From: Basidioascus undulatus
Taxonomy: Eukaryota
Length of the DNA stretch: 20,000 nt
NCBI GenBank assembly: GCA_000826855.1
Contig: JTLS01000003.1
Coordinates: forward strand, 44,714-64,713
Reading direction: 5' to 3'
In this document: piece after piece, positions 1 through 12,007 of the stretch
How the letters are laid out: each line of letters begins with the position of its first letter
Numbering within the stretch: position 1 is the first letter of the stretch
Position numbers and translations under genes: made by a program
The notes under the pieces: model-generated
What the model saw: the letters and a program-made list of their open reading frames with translations, nothing else
What the model was told of the DNA's origin: nothing
The model's database searches: none

Positions 1-500
1 AGATGCGTGGACGATGTGGTACAAGCAGGAGCAGAAACGGACACGGCCTTCGGACCGAGGAGACGCAGTTGAGTCGTTGCGCCTCCCCGATGTCGTTGGG
101 GCAAGCTGGAAAGTCTGGATTCAGTTTAAGAGGGCGATGTATCTTTTACGTTAGAGTTGAACCATTAGGGCACGAATGGCCTGGATGACCAGCGTTCAAC
201 TGAACGCGTCGTCTTCTCGCACCCGCTCTTCGCAGCCACCCCTCCAATGCCCCACCATTCCAGCTTCCAATTCAAGGATCCATTTCAAGGCTCAGTATTT
301 ATAAATTGCACTCGGTCCCCGCGGAGGAACAACAAGATACGCAGTCAAACGGAGCGTTCATCAAAGTGTCTTTCAAGGTCCAATCATCGTCCCTCTACCC
401 ATGCCTCTGCTGCTCCTCCATGTACTCCTCGTCCGCCCGCCTCGAAAGGGTCTCCTTGTCCTCCCCGTGCGCCTCAACATGCTCCTCGGTAACCTCCGCT

Positions 501-2004
501 TCACGCGTGCGCTTGTCCGCCTGCTCCCTGCGCGCTCTTGGACAGCTTGCGCTTCGGCAGGACACCCCACTCCTCCGTGAGCTCGTCCATGAGCTCGGAT
601 TCGCCCTTGTGCCCGCTCCACTGAAATGAGAATGAAGTTAGGATTAAGCGAGAAGCTTGAGAAAGACAAGGTAACGATGATCCCGACTGACCTTGGGGAC
701 ACCGTCGTGAATCTCCATGATGCGCTCTCTGAAAGCCGGCAGTGAGTCTGCGCGTAGGCAAGTTCAAACGCACCGAGATACGCACTTGTAGAACTGTGAC
801 ACGACGGAGGAATCAGTTTCTTATCTTTGAAAGGAGTCGCAGAAGACAGGACTGACGATGTGTGCCGTAGGCATGAAGCTGTCTGGGATTCGCCCCACGC
901 GCTTCCACTCGTTGCCTTCGTCTGCAGGGTGGAAGATGAAGGAGCTCGGGTATCTGCAGCGCTCATTGCACGTCAGCCACCAGATTCGCAGTCCCCCTCT
1001 AAAACATCATATGGACAGGCACGCGAGGACCTGTCATAAGCATGGCGGAGTCAACGCAGGGCAGAAAGAGGAAAGGCAGCAGTCTCGGGCGCACCATGTT
1101 TCTTCCCTCGTCAGCTAGAGGCGACCGGCAATTTCTGGCAGTCCCGGCCGAATATAGCTGGGAATCTTGGCTGGATGCTTGAACACACACCTGCACGAGA
1201 TCTTGCACGGGACGTGGTGGTCCGAGTTGCGGGTTGCTGTGCTGTTCGGGAAGTTCTCGGCGTCAGGGCGCGTGAAGATTCTCAGAAGGAGTAAGGACAT
1301 GGCCGAGAAAAATCTTATAGTAAGAGCGCACCTGTAGAAATCCAGATGCTCGCTGCCCTTCACCAGCCTGACGGCGGTCTACGGATGACAACTGTCAGAG
1401 GACGAAAGCCGGAACCACGAAGACCTAGCTAACCTTGTGGAACAGCGCAGCCCATTGGAACGGTGCTCCTGGAAAAAAAAAAAAAACTTGAAGGCATATT
1501 TGGACTCGGGTTTGGATTCTAATGAACCGACGAACCATGCAGCTTCTGGCATTGGTGGCAGTGGCAGTGCTTGGCGTCTATGGGGTCCGATTGCGAACTC
1601 GAATACCACTATTGAAGTAAGGGATTGAGAAACGGTACGGGGTGTTTAGAGTCCGCATCAGCTTACCTGCACCGCACCAGCATTTACTCTGACCATACCA
1701 GCATATTAAGCCCCACCCCTCCTCCCAATCGGCAGGAACTGACGCACGGTGTACTTGGCTATGAACTTTTCGCTGTTCCAGGTGTCTGATCATGGCAGCC
1801 CTCTCAGTTCGACCATTTCCCAACAGCTTTCATAAGGAAGAAGCACGTACACGGCGGCTTGATAATCCAGTCCTTCTCCGTGTCACCACCCTCCCGCGAA
1901 GGACTTCATGGAGCAAGAAAGTGATTAGTCCCCGAATATGCTCCAGCGATTGAAACCACCCACATCGGCTCTTCCCACCCGGTCTCAGGAGGCTTTGACG
2001 ACAT
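501..2004 (-). CDS. GFA/CENP-V (glutathione-dependent formaldehyde-activating, Mss4-like) zinc-binding protein, 14 exons; apparent +1 frameshift in exon 5, so possibly a recent pseudogene
   Basis: Hand-spliced exons (+ coords): 1964-2004, 1851-1903, 1748-1785, 1667-1688, 1536-1608, 1434-1468, 1332-1378, 1191-1241, 1095-1134, 1023-1030, 857-953, 786-793, 692-728, 501-620; all introns GT-AG. Protein: MSSKPPETGWEEPIPSREGGDTEKDWIIKPPYTWNSEKFIAKYTSKCWCGAVVFEFA[fs]SDPIDAKHCHCHQCQKLHGAPFQWAALFHK...HHVPCKISCRNCRSPLADEGRNMVLAYPSSF...PTAHIFYKERIMEIHDGVPKWSGHKGESELMDE... The CxCG, HCHCxxC and CxxC zinc motifs are typical of fungal GFA-domain proteins. Confidence 0.88.
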
Positions 2005-2867
2005 TCTTGGTGAAGTAGAGAAGTTGAAACGGAGAGGAAGAGTGGTGGCGGGGGAGACGTGCGCGAAGGTTGTCGTTGTGAAGGGTACGGGCAAGACGCG
2101 TAGCATGCGCGATGGATGGGAGCTCGAAGGATGCAGGGTTGGCTGACTTTCGGGTCTTTGATTCGATTCACGTATGTCGCTAATAGCATTGGTGTTGGGC
2201 CGTGGAGAAGCAATAATGAGGGTTGTGTTCACCTCAGTGAGGTCATCATGAGGCCGTGAGACCTTGCACGCTCGTGGGTCGCGTGAACGTCTTCGACGGA
2301 GGGTTCTTCAAGATCTGACCGACATGAAAACAGCGCGAAGCGTGTATGTTTACATCTAAAACCGGGTTGGATATCCCATATACGTAATATGCCGCTCAGT
2401 ACCCGAAATCGAGTCGTGCTTCATGGAGGTGGAGCGCAGAGAGCAGCGGAAACACACCGCCGCACGACTAACGAAGACGTTTTATAGAGCAATGTATGAT
2501 TTTCAGTTTTGCTGATGAAGTTGAGATCCTTTTTGGACCCATTCGGTAGGAGGATTTCCGGAATGTCCATTGTATCTGTTGCGTTCCCAGTACTGGCTGC
2601 CGTAGCAGCGACTGGCTTCCCCGACTCAGTTGGCCGGAGATGAACATAATGCTCGGCGTCAGATACAGGCAAGTTAACTGCTGGCCTCGTCTTTCAGATA
2701 TATGAGATAGTGTTTCCTCATCCCATCTACCGTGGACAGCAACTGCGTAGCCGGTAGCTGGTCAAGCAAGCTTGTGCGCCCGAATCGGTGGATGGTTCGT
2801 AAGATGTGCATTTTCATTCATTTGTATCAGATTTCTTTGCCATTTCCTCCTTACCCAACGCCCAACT

Positions 2868-5625
2868 CTACTCCCGACGCTTCATGCCGACATAGCAGTA
2901 AAGCGGCTTGCGGAGGAAGCCCTCGCTTGTCTCGAGCTGTAAGGTGAAAAGCTTAGCTCGGCCAGGCGGAGAGTGGGCCTTCACAAACAGGTACGAACCG
3001 TTGCAGACGGGTCGGCGAGGACGAGGTCGTAGCGCTTGATGATGGTCGAGATCTGTGGATGCCAGTCGGTCTCGTCAGCAATGCAGTTTTGGACATGGCA
3101 GCACAACCCGCACAATGAGCTGAAGCTCCAGTTTCGCCAAGTTCTGGCCAACGCACTGCTCAAATTTGATCAGTGAGCCGTGCCATCCGTCACGTAAGTA
3201 CCAGTGCACGTACAGCTCTAGGTCCCTGGGAGAACGGGATGAAGTTCTTGCTGAGCTTCTCCCTCGCGCCACGCTCCAGCCAGCGCTCAGGCCTGAACTC
3301 CTCCGCATCGGGGCCCCAGATGTCCTGCAGCCTGTGAAGAGTGTAGGAGGGAACGGAGACGACCGTTCCCGCCTTTAGGGGAACACCCGCAATCCTATCG
3401 CCACCAAACATCAGCGTCTGGGAACGAAGAATAGTCACATGGAAAGGAGGGAATCCCTCACGTCTGGTCATGAGGGATCTGTGGGTAACTGGGGTTAGAG
3501 CAGAAAGCAAAGGAAGTGAGATGGGAAGTGGCGCACAACGCGCGGGAGACCAAGTGCGGAGGTGGAGTGCAACCGAAGGGATTCGTCGATGCAGGCCTGG
3601 AGGTACTCGAGTCCCTTGACCTATTCCCAAGGGCTCAGCTTTCGAGGCTGCAGCGTTTGCGTCGGACTACACAAAGGACGTACAGTTTCGTATTGAGTAA
3701 TTCCGTCCGAGCCTGCCTCAATCTGCTCGAGCTCCTGAGCAAGCTTGTCCTGCGCATTGCGGTGGCGAGCCAGATAATAGAGGATTGCCGTTGAGGAGTT
3801 AGAAGTAGTGTCGCTGCCAGCGATCTGTTGTGTTTTTGCTCGCTCAGCTTCGTCCACTGCGGATAGAGCACAACACACTGACCAGCTGGGTGAGCGCCTC
3901 CGCGGTGACCTCATCCCGCCCGAGCGGCTTCCCGTCCGGGTCCTCAGCCTGAAGCAGCCGGGAGAGGATGTCGTCCGAACGCGGGGATTCCTGAGCGAGG
4001 CGAGCGGATACACGGGCGATAGCAATCTGAAAAGCATGCGGCTATCAGTTTTTTTGTTGTCGTTCGATGCAGGTTGAAAACGGACACCAGCGAGCGCGTC
4101 AACGGAAGCCTTGCCCGACCTAGCCCAGGGAAGAATTTGGGCGAGAGAGCTGACGAAAGGAATCGGTATCAGTGTAAACGCGTGTGCAGGTGGAGGGACG
4201 GGCTGCAGCAGGCGTACCGCAACGGAGGCGACATCACTCCCATGGTGGCTGTAAATAGAAGTTTCCTCTCTCAGCACTGATGTGACGGCTTTCTCTCTCT
4301 TCCAACTCACCCGAGTACTCTCCACGCTCGTTGAGGACCTGCACAGCGGGAAGCTCCGTAACGCCTTTGCCATGCTCGTATTCGACGCGAGCGACGTCCT
4401 TCTTCGCCTCGAGCATGCCGCTAAGCCGGGATGTCAGCACGTTATCCCTGCATTAGGAAATCAAGATTCCTTACAAAGGCTCGCCGAACGCCAGGTCGCC
4501 CTTAGCGACCGCACAACGTCTTCAACTCCGGCGACTGAAACCTGAAGAGACAGAACACGCACGATGATATCGAAGGCGAGGAAGTTGGTCCAAGGCAAAG
4601 TGTCGAACCAAACGCGCTTGTCGTTGTCCTTGCCCGCAGGAGCAGGGATCACCGATTCGTGGTTGCTCGGACGCGGGTCGGCGCAGAGCTCGTCCCAGCG
4701 GCGCACGAAGAGAGCCATGCACGAGTGAAGGTAGGGTTCGAAAAGTAGGACATTTTTCTAGCGTGCTTCAGTGTCAGGAAAGGCCCGATAGACTGTGGCA
4801 GGACGAGAGAGTGCGGACCTGGGAGAAAACAGCAGAAACGATCTTGCGCTTGCGAGCGTGCTCAGCCCGGTCGCTGTAGAGGAGAAGAGAGTCAGGCTAT
4901 GTGCGAAGGCCGAGCCAACGAGAGGATTACGAACCGGGTGTCTGTAAGGCTGGTCAGCGATTGGAAGCCACAGGCACAAGAATATAGGCTTACTGAAGAG
5001 CCCGCGCTTGATGGAAACGAAAGCGTCTGGAGAGGCCACCTCGGGATAAGAAAGGAATAGGCTGAAGAGGGCGCTTGATTTATACGAACCGTAAAATTGT
5101 GACTTGGGGAAATGGACAGAGTGCTGTAGGGAGTACATTTGTTCAGACCACCTGAATTTGACCATATAAACCTTTTCTCAACCCACCTGGTAGACAGTGC
5201 TCAATGCTTCCGGGTCTGCGATGCTAACGTGGTCGGGAGCAATGCGGACGACCTTGCCTGTCACGGTGGCTCCACGTAGTGAGCAGGCACTCTTGGGGAG
5301 ACTTTGTATTGTACTTGAGACGCACCATACTTCTCATGCGCCTCGTCAACCTTCTTGTATCTCTCGCCCTTTCCTGCAGCCCTTGCGAGCCAGAGGTCGG
5401 AGAGCCCCGCCCAGACTGAGGGAGTCGGGATCGACCTCAAGTGGTAAGGGTCAATGAGGTACGGAAGGAGTGTCTGCAGCGCGAATAGCGCAAGCAGCGA
5501 CTAGGGCAGCAAGGGGGTTTTCAATCAGCGTGGGTGCACGAGAGAGATGGATACAGACGGCTTACGACCGGAATGACGATGTATGGCGGAATGTCGCCGT
5601 TGAGGACTGCTTCAACGAAGCTCAT
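2868..5625 (-). CDS. CYP53: Cytochrome P450, CYP53 family (benzoate 4-monooxygenase / benzoate para-hydroxylase-like), ~20 exons, intact
   Basis: Spliced protein starts MSFVEAVLNGDIPPYIVIPVSLLALFALQTLLPYLIDPY (N-terminal membrane anchor). It contains CYP53-type segments FYDAFVSIKRGLFNTRDRAEHARKRKIVS, FDIIGDLAFGEPFGML, I-helix QLIAGSDTTSNSS, ExxR in DESLRLHSTSALGLPR, PERF-like FRPERW, heme motif FSQGPRACVG and C-terminal EGFLRKPL. Stop TAG at 2868-2870. The frame is preserved at every junction checked. Confidence 0.93.
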
Positions 5626-5902
5626 GATTGCGCTTTGCGTTCGTCTATGCGAGAAGCTATGGCGGGGAGAGTTCTGTCCGGAGGAGGAAAGGGAGAAGAT
5701 GGTGGTCGGAATGCAAGCCTGTCTCTACATTTGAGGCCGCCGTCGACTCGCAATCGACGCCAGTCGTTGGCACGGAGCGGGTTACGTTCGGCATCGGGAC
5801 CACGGATGATAGAGCTCCACGGCCGTCGCAGTTTTCAAGCACATGTGATACGCCGGTCCGCTTCTACATAGTATTTAGTATTCCCATCAGTCGATCAGTG
5901 AC

Positions 5903-5974
5903 TTCGGGCAACAGTGCCCGGTAAAGCTTGTCAACAATTTCGGGCAACAGTGCCCGGGAAAGCTGGTCAACAAT
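5903..5974. repeat. Tandem direct duplication of a 36-bp unit (2 copies, 34/36 identical)
   Basis: 5903-5938 ttcgggcaacagtgcccggtaaagcttgtcaacaat; 5939-5974 ttcgggcaacagtgcccgggaaagctggtcaacaat. Confidence 0.95.
5905..5956. promoter_or_regulatory. Two identical palindromes CGGGCA-acag-TGCCCG (CGG-N10-CCG), candidate Zn2Cys6 transcription-factor sites upstream of CYP53
   Basis: The palindromes lie at 5905-5920 and 5941-5956, about 280-330 bp upstream of the CYP53 ATG (5625). Inverted CGG triplets are the canonical Zn2Cys6 binding geometry (Put3 N10, Gal4 N11). Function is inferred. Confidence 0.5.
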
Positions 5975-6596
5975 GGTCAAGTGAGGACGCAGCCAAGGGC
6001 CGGTCGTACCCGGTCACGTGTGACAAAACGGGCAGGATCTTATCGAATGTATACATGACATATGGTGGAACTTTTTCTCATTCGAGATGTCCAGCGACCT
6101 CAGTGCATCCTTGCATAGGATTAGGTGTACTCGGAAAAAAGTGCCTGGATCCGCTCATGCGTTCCGAGGCGGGGCCAAATCTGTCTAGACGGCTGAAATA
6201 GTTCGCAGCGGCTGCTTCGGCGAGTCTGTTGTGCTGCTGTTGATCACGTATGCATGCAGGATCTTGAAAATACACCATCAGTCTGGATTAGGGAGTTATA
6301 AAGACTTAGGCACAACTTCGCCGTGGTTACGGCTCCCGAAAGCTGCTGAAAGCTGTCCGCCAACCTGCGCAGTGAGCGCTAGACAGCTAGGTAACATAAG
6401 TAGAAATTAGGAAGTCAGCTGGAATAGGTAACTGTTCCTTTAGGATATAGGAAGTCTGCGATCCGCGCAGCCATTCATAAACTGGCGCTTGGGGCTGCGC
6501 GGAAGGCAAGGCAGTTGTCAAAGGCCAGCTAGTTTGGGAATATTAGGCTCGATGTCCCACCGATACGCGTCTAGCTCTACAGGATATAACAACCAC

Positions 6597-9500
6597 CTAT
6601 CGGACCTCCTTGACCTTGTCCGCCTCAGTATCAGGCGACTCTTTGGCGTTCTCGCGGTGCTGGACCTCCGCCTTCGCCTCCGGGTCATCCGTGTGCTCGA
6701 GACCGAAGATCTCGTCCATCTTCTCGAGAGGGACACCCTTGGTCTCGGGGCAGAAGCTGTAGCAATAAACGCAGTGTCAGGGACTATGTGAATCTTATAA
6801 GTAATGGAAGTTGCGCACAAGTAAACGGCAGGAATGGCCAGAGCCATCCAGGCAGCATCTGAAATGTTCACTAAGTCAGAGCCTCATTAGGACAGCATTA
6901 ACTAAGACCTGGTGGACATACAGAAGATGTATGTCCCCCACGAGAGACTGTCCTCTGCCAGCATGTAAGGAGTCGCGCGGGTGATGGCAAACTGAAAAGA
7001 ACTACGCATCAACACCCATCGTAAGTACCTCGACAAGATGGTTAAGCGTACCTGCATGAGCCATTCTGTTAAGAAGACCAAAGATTGCGTCAGACTTAGT
7101 GGTGATACCGTCAAATCCGGATAGAGATGGAAGCCGAGAAGTAGAGGGCGAGCCTAGTCGAAAGAGACGTACGGGTTTGGACCGCGATGGAGTTGCAGAG
7201 CGCGCGGACGTGGTTCGGCCAGATCTCTGCGCAAATGATCCAAGCAATACCGCTGGAAAAAGATGAAAGCCAAGAAGACGCCAGGGCGTCTCAGTCAGCA
7301 CCGCACCTGACCGGGGCCTCTGAAGAGGAGACGATAAGAGATCTCATGCGTACCTCCAGCTCATGCAGAATGCGACAGCGTAACTGAAATAGGCGATAGG
7401 TCAACACTGCAATGGACACCTGATATAAGCAGCCCGACGCACATGAACAGCATGGCAACACCAGCACGGCCAGCAGCAGTGGGATCGCTGTCTGCCGTCG
7501 GATGAGCAACCGCGATGTAGATGCCGATGCTGCAAGAGACTGGTAAGACTGGGCGTAAAATGGGAGGTGGTATACATCTCAACGCACTAGAGCATGGTTC
7601 CAATAATCCAGACGCTGGCGAACATGAGCGGGATCCGGCGCCCGATCCTGTCGACGAGAAGGTAAGCCTCGGCCGGCCACTCAGGGCATTGTGTCTAGCT
7701 ATGTACCTGTCAACAAGGAAGACGAGGAAAATAACAGATGCCACCATCTTCACAACACCGAATACGCCTGTATGATCAGAACATTCATGAGTCTCGAACG
7801 TGAGACCGTGAGGACTGCAGCGCGTTGTCACGCACCGGTCATGAGGAGGGCGTTGTTGCCGCGCATTCCAACGGACTTGAAGAACGCTGTTGAGAAGAAG
7901 AGTAGACATACGGTTCAATATCGCCAAATATGAAAGGACAAAAGATCTGGGACAGCACGTACTCGGAGCATAGTAGTTGACTGCCGGCGAAGGTAGCAAT
8001 GTGTCAGCGGCATGTTCAATTTTTTGCGGCTCGAAGTCGCTTACTAGCATTCGCGCCTGTGAGATTTTGGAAGACCCTACAATAACGAGGTGTGTTAACA
8101 TGCCGGTTTCATGCTGATCTGCTCGGGCCACGTACATGATGCCGATGGCGAGAGCGACACGGTTGCGAATGCCCGGGCGTAGGAGCTCCTTGAGCGTACC
8201 AAACCGTCCACCCTTGTGAGCCTGGAAGGTGAGGCGCTCGTTTTGATCGTAGGCGGCGGTAAGAATGCCGCGGACGTCTGAATGGAGCTCATCAGCATGC
8301 GCGTATCGAGGATGGACGCAAGACAAGACAGACAAGGGTGATCGCGCGGCAAATTGTTGAGCCACACTTGTGCCTTCTCCGCCTCTTCAAAGTTCCCCGA
8401 CTTGATGAGCCACCGAGGCGACTCGATCTGCGGTGACGAGGTGAGTTGGTTCCCCGATGGAGTTGAGATATCGCGGCGACCCACCATGAAGATGGAAAAG
8501 ATCAAGGACACGGTGATGAAGATGAACTGCAGGCCGAAGGGAATGCGGAACTGGACATGAGAAAGGTGAGCATGTTGTCGTCGACCGTGAAGGGGCCCAC
8601 ACTCTGCACGCACCTGAGTCACGTTGGGAACGGTCTCCGCGGCGTCTGCCCAAGTTGGTTGTGTGACAGCAACGGCGTATGCAATGACTGAAAACATGCC
8701 CCCGTCAGCACACAGCATACGAGACCTCATTAAATTAGTATAACGTACAGAAGCCCACAACGGCGGCAACTTGGTAGGCGATCTGAACCAAATTGACGAC
8801 ATTCAACACCTGTGATCAATGCACTCAAGAGTTGGCGTTGGGCTCACCTCGTATGCTCCGATAAGAATGCCGCGAATAGCCGGGGGCGAGATCTCAGCCA
8901 AATAAAGAGGGGACGTTACTGCGCTTGGTGGTGAGCAAGCCATAGCGCAACCGTGAGAGGAAGAGACGTACAGGTGATGAGTCCGGTTCCCAACCCCACA
9001 ATGACCCGCCCAGCATACAACAGACCGAGGGTCGACTCGTCATGTGCGATAGTGGTCGATACGGCCCCGACAGTAGCAAGGGTCGTCGCGAAGAGCTGAA
9101 TGGAGTCCGGTTGTTACTATGGCTGTCGTTGAAGGATATCTAGAATGTGGGCACGCACCATAGCTGGTCTCCGACCGAATCTGGATGCCACTGGAGGTGA
9201 GGACTCTGGTGCGCAGGTGAATAGCAGCTGCAGACGCACTTCTCAGCAAACGGGAATCCGAAGAGGGCGCCGCCGAAGCAGCCCAAGTGAAAGACGGAGC
9301 TGTTGTGGCGGCGATGTCAATATACAAATCCTCAAGAGTGATCAAGGAGAGGCCGTACGTGATGTTAGAGGTGATGAGTTGTTTTTGTGCGGCGCAAATA
9401 TCATTGCCCAAGAAGCCGAAAGCCGTGCCCGTGCTGGTAAGGCCCAAGGTACCGCCAATGAACTGTGCACGGCCACACGGATCAGCAATGTGGGTGGACA

Positions 9501-9810
9501 TCACGCTGAGCGAGAAATGCGCTGAGAAGCTGATTGACCCACGGATGACTCATATCCGAATACTGAATAAGGAGTTCCTCATTTACCTCCTGTTTCGCGA
9601 GTCTTCGCTTGTGAGGGTAGAGGAAGGCGAAGACGTACCTGTGCCACCGAATGCAGTACCCAAACCCATCACCCACATCCTCCAGCCTGTAGATCCGTCG
9701 CGACGCCGGTTCGTTAGCGCTCTGCCTCATGATATTGGTGGTAATCGATATGGCGGACCGTAGACTTCGGGAGGCGTAGGACGGTCCTCCTGGCCCTTTT
9801 TGAAACCCAT
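6597..9810 (-). CDS. MFS sugar-porter family transporter, quinate permease (QutD/Qa-y)-like, ~25 exons, intact
   Basis: Spliced protein MGFKKGQEDRPTPPEVYGWRMWVMGLGTAFGGTVFGYESSFIGGTL... The N-terminal EDRPTPxEVY is characteristic of quinate-permease-like porters. Sugar-porter motifs: EKFGRRP, GRVIVGLGTG, PLYLAEISPPAIRG, IESPRWL, FQNLTGANAINYYAP, VDRIGRR, AEIWPNHVR, PETKGVPLEKMDEIF. Stop TAG at 6597-6599. Confidence 0.92.
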
Positions 9811-12007
9811 ATTGGCGGTTGAACGACGAGTGCGAGGTGCGAGTCAGAGAAGCAGCAATGGAAAGCTCGAAGGGTACGGAGTTGCGAACTTCGCGCTGCG
9901 GATAGGTTCCCACTCGTTTGATGAAGGTCAAGAAGAACCCGTTTGATAGTGATGGGGTCCCTTGGTCAGAGAAGGCGCTAGGTACATCTTTCTTTCGGGC
10001 CCGGTCCACTGTCACCCTGCGGGGCCCGCTATGGGCAGGCAGGCGGAGGAGGCAAGAGGAAGCGGAACAAAGTCTGCAAGAGAGCGGGGAACATCTCCAT
10101 TCCTAGCCTCCAAGGCGCGGGGCGATTGAGGCACATCAAGAAACGAGCGCGCGCACATGGACTCAGGATGAGGAGCTCCGCAAAGAAGCGCACTGCGACG
10201 TCGATGCGGGGCCCACCAGTGACGTTCGGCCCTTCCGACCGGCCGACGTCAACCCCATCCGTCTCACCGCCACAGCCTGCAACAGCCGTGGTATTTTCAG
10301 ACAATTCGCACATCAATGCTTGACTGAACCAAGACCATCGATAGCAGGAACGCAGGCGATGGCCATTTGTAGACTGGGCAAAGCTGGCCCAACGCCTGCA
10401 CGAGCGTGCGACGTGAAACTACCTCCCACAGCTGGGATTCATGGTGGGGTTTTTCATCGGTAGGTAGTTAAGAAATCCCAAAGTCCAGCAGTCGACCTGC
10501 TTTCTCCTTGCGTCCCGGACGCGGCCTACATAAAGGCCACGCACCGGGCCGAAGCTGAGCCACATCCGAATGAAAATAACTTCAATGGGCGGCCGAGCAA
10601 ATGGAATAAAGTCCTCCGGCAGTCTACAACCTATGTATCTAAACATCACAGTCATCGCAACTACCTCATTTGCGATATTACATATTGAAAGGCTTTGTAT
10701 ACGCAAGCTATCTAGGGGTTTGTTGTCACATGTATGTTCGTTTGCCACGCCGTGCGTAGAGCCGGTACACCCCTGCAGACGTACACTTCTATTTCTTGTA
10801 TCCTGTGTCGAGTTGGCTCCTCGGGCTTACGATCACGGACTGTACACTCCATGCCAAGAACTATAGGTACATGATCGATTACCAGCCTTTGTCGTCATGA
10901 GAGCGCATGTAAAAATTGCAGGCGATGTATAGACACAAAACCACACGAATAACAAGACCCTTCACTTGAGCAACTGCATAGCCCGCCAATTCTTATGAAA
11001 CTTGACACCCAAGCCCGAGAAAGATACACGTCGTGGTGAATGACTGGCCCTACAGGGCCATCAAGCTTAAGATGCCGGTTCCGAGGAGTGGCGTCGGGCA
11101 GTCCCGCAAGTGAACGGGGCAGGCCACGGTGAAAGGTTTGGCATCTCCCACAACCTTTCAGTGAGTACATTCTTGAACGTTTCCACGCATTCGTACACAG
11201 AGACTGCCGCGTATTGGTAACACCGCAGCCTGCCGTAGGTTCCGCACCGCAACCGCCAGAAGTAAAGTAACAATTCTGGGCGGTGCATGGTTACTCGTTG
11301 AACTAGGGATAATCCCCCCGATAAGCTCATGCAGTTTTCTGGCCAAGCTGAAAGCTTCAATCAGAGCTTGACCAGCGAGAGCTGCGTCTAAACATTGGCA
11401 GTGCGCCTGCTTGAGACGTCATTTTCCAAGCGAAACGGCAGGTGTCATACACCGTTTCTCAACTGATTCTTGTACATGTATGTCGCAGAAGCTCCAAAAA
11501 CTTAAGGCCAGTTGCATAGGACTGCTATGTGACTGTCTGGCAGCTCCCGATACCACAGCACCACTCAAGAGGCCAGCTCCGCTCCGCTTCTCCGCTCTAC
11601 AAGGCGGCTCTTTGGCTTGGGAGAAAGCACCATATATACTGACATGAATAAAACGTCTTGAAGCAAAACTTTCAACTGTTTAGTTTACATATTCGCCGGC
11701 TTTTTCTGCATGCCGCAGTAGTGTCGGGGCTGTACAGTCAAGCTTCGCAAATTTTCTCGCCCTCTGGTCGTGCTCGACTTTCCCGTTCTTGAAGGTTTTG
11801 CTCCTGAAAATACAAAGACCTCAACGTAAACATCCACACTGTCCTCGATCCCCGGGCTGGTACCTCGATGAATGCCCGAGCTAATCACAGTGGATGACAC
11901 TGACACGTGAAAGCGTGACAAGGCACGCTTGAGGGGATCGACGACCACACGTCTTGCCCATCAACGCCCATCATCTCCACGCCTCAGACTGAAAGACACC
12001 AGGCGCA

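Noticed and set aside
2..154. Open frame DAWTMWYKQEQKR...AMYLLR* entering from the left edge
   Set aside because: Could be a terminal exon, but it is short and has no recognisable motif.
786..856. Apparent PSCH-x-FY frameshift in the GFA gene
   Set aside because: Resolved by an intron (794-856) plus the 8-nt micro-exon; the real sequence is PTAHI|FYK.
1473..1486. Poly-A run, possible retroelement tail
   Set aside because: It is the poly-T polypyrimidine tract just before the exon 6 acceptor of the - strand GFA gene.
5903..5974. 36-bp palindromic repeat resembling a CRISPR repeat
   Set aside because: Only two directly abutting copies with no spacer, no cas genes, and a eukaryotic context.
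7361..8802. Long ORFs of 334 aa and 235 aa treated as separate genes
   Set aside because: They are read-through of exons and introns of the single MFS transporter gene.
10029..11948. Several 60-110 aa ORFs on both strands
   Set aside because: No domain motifs and no consistent spliced model could be built.
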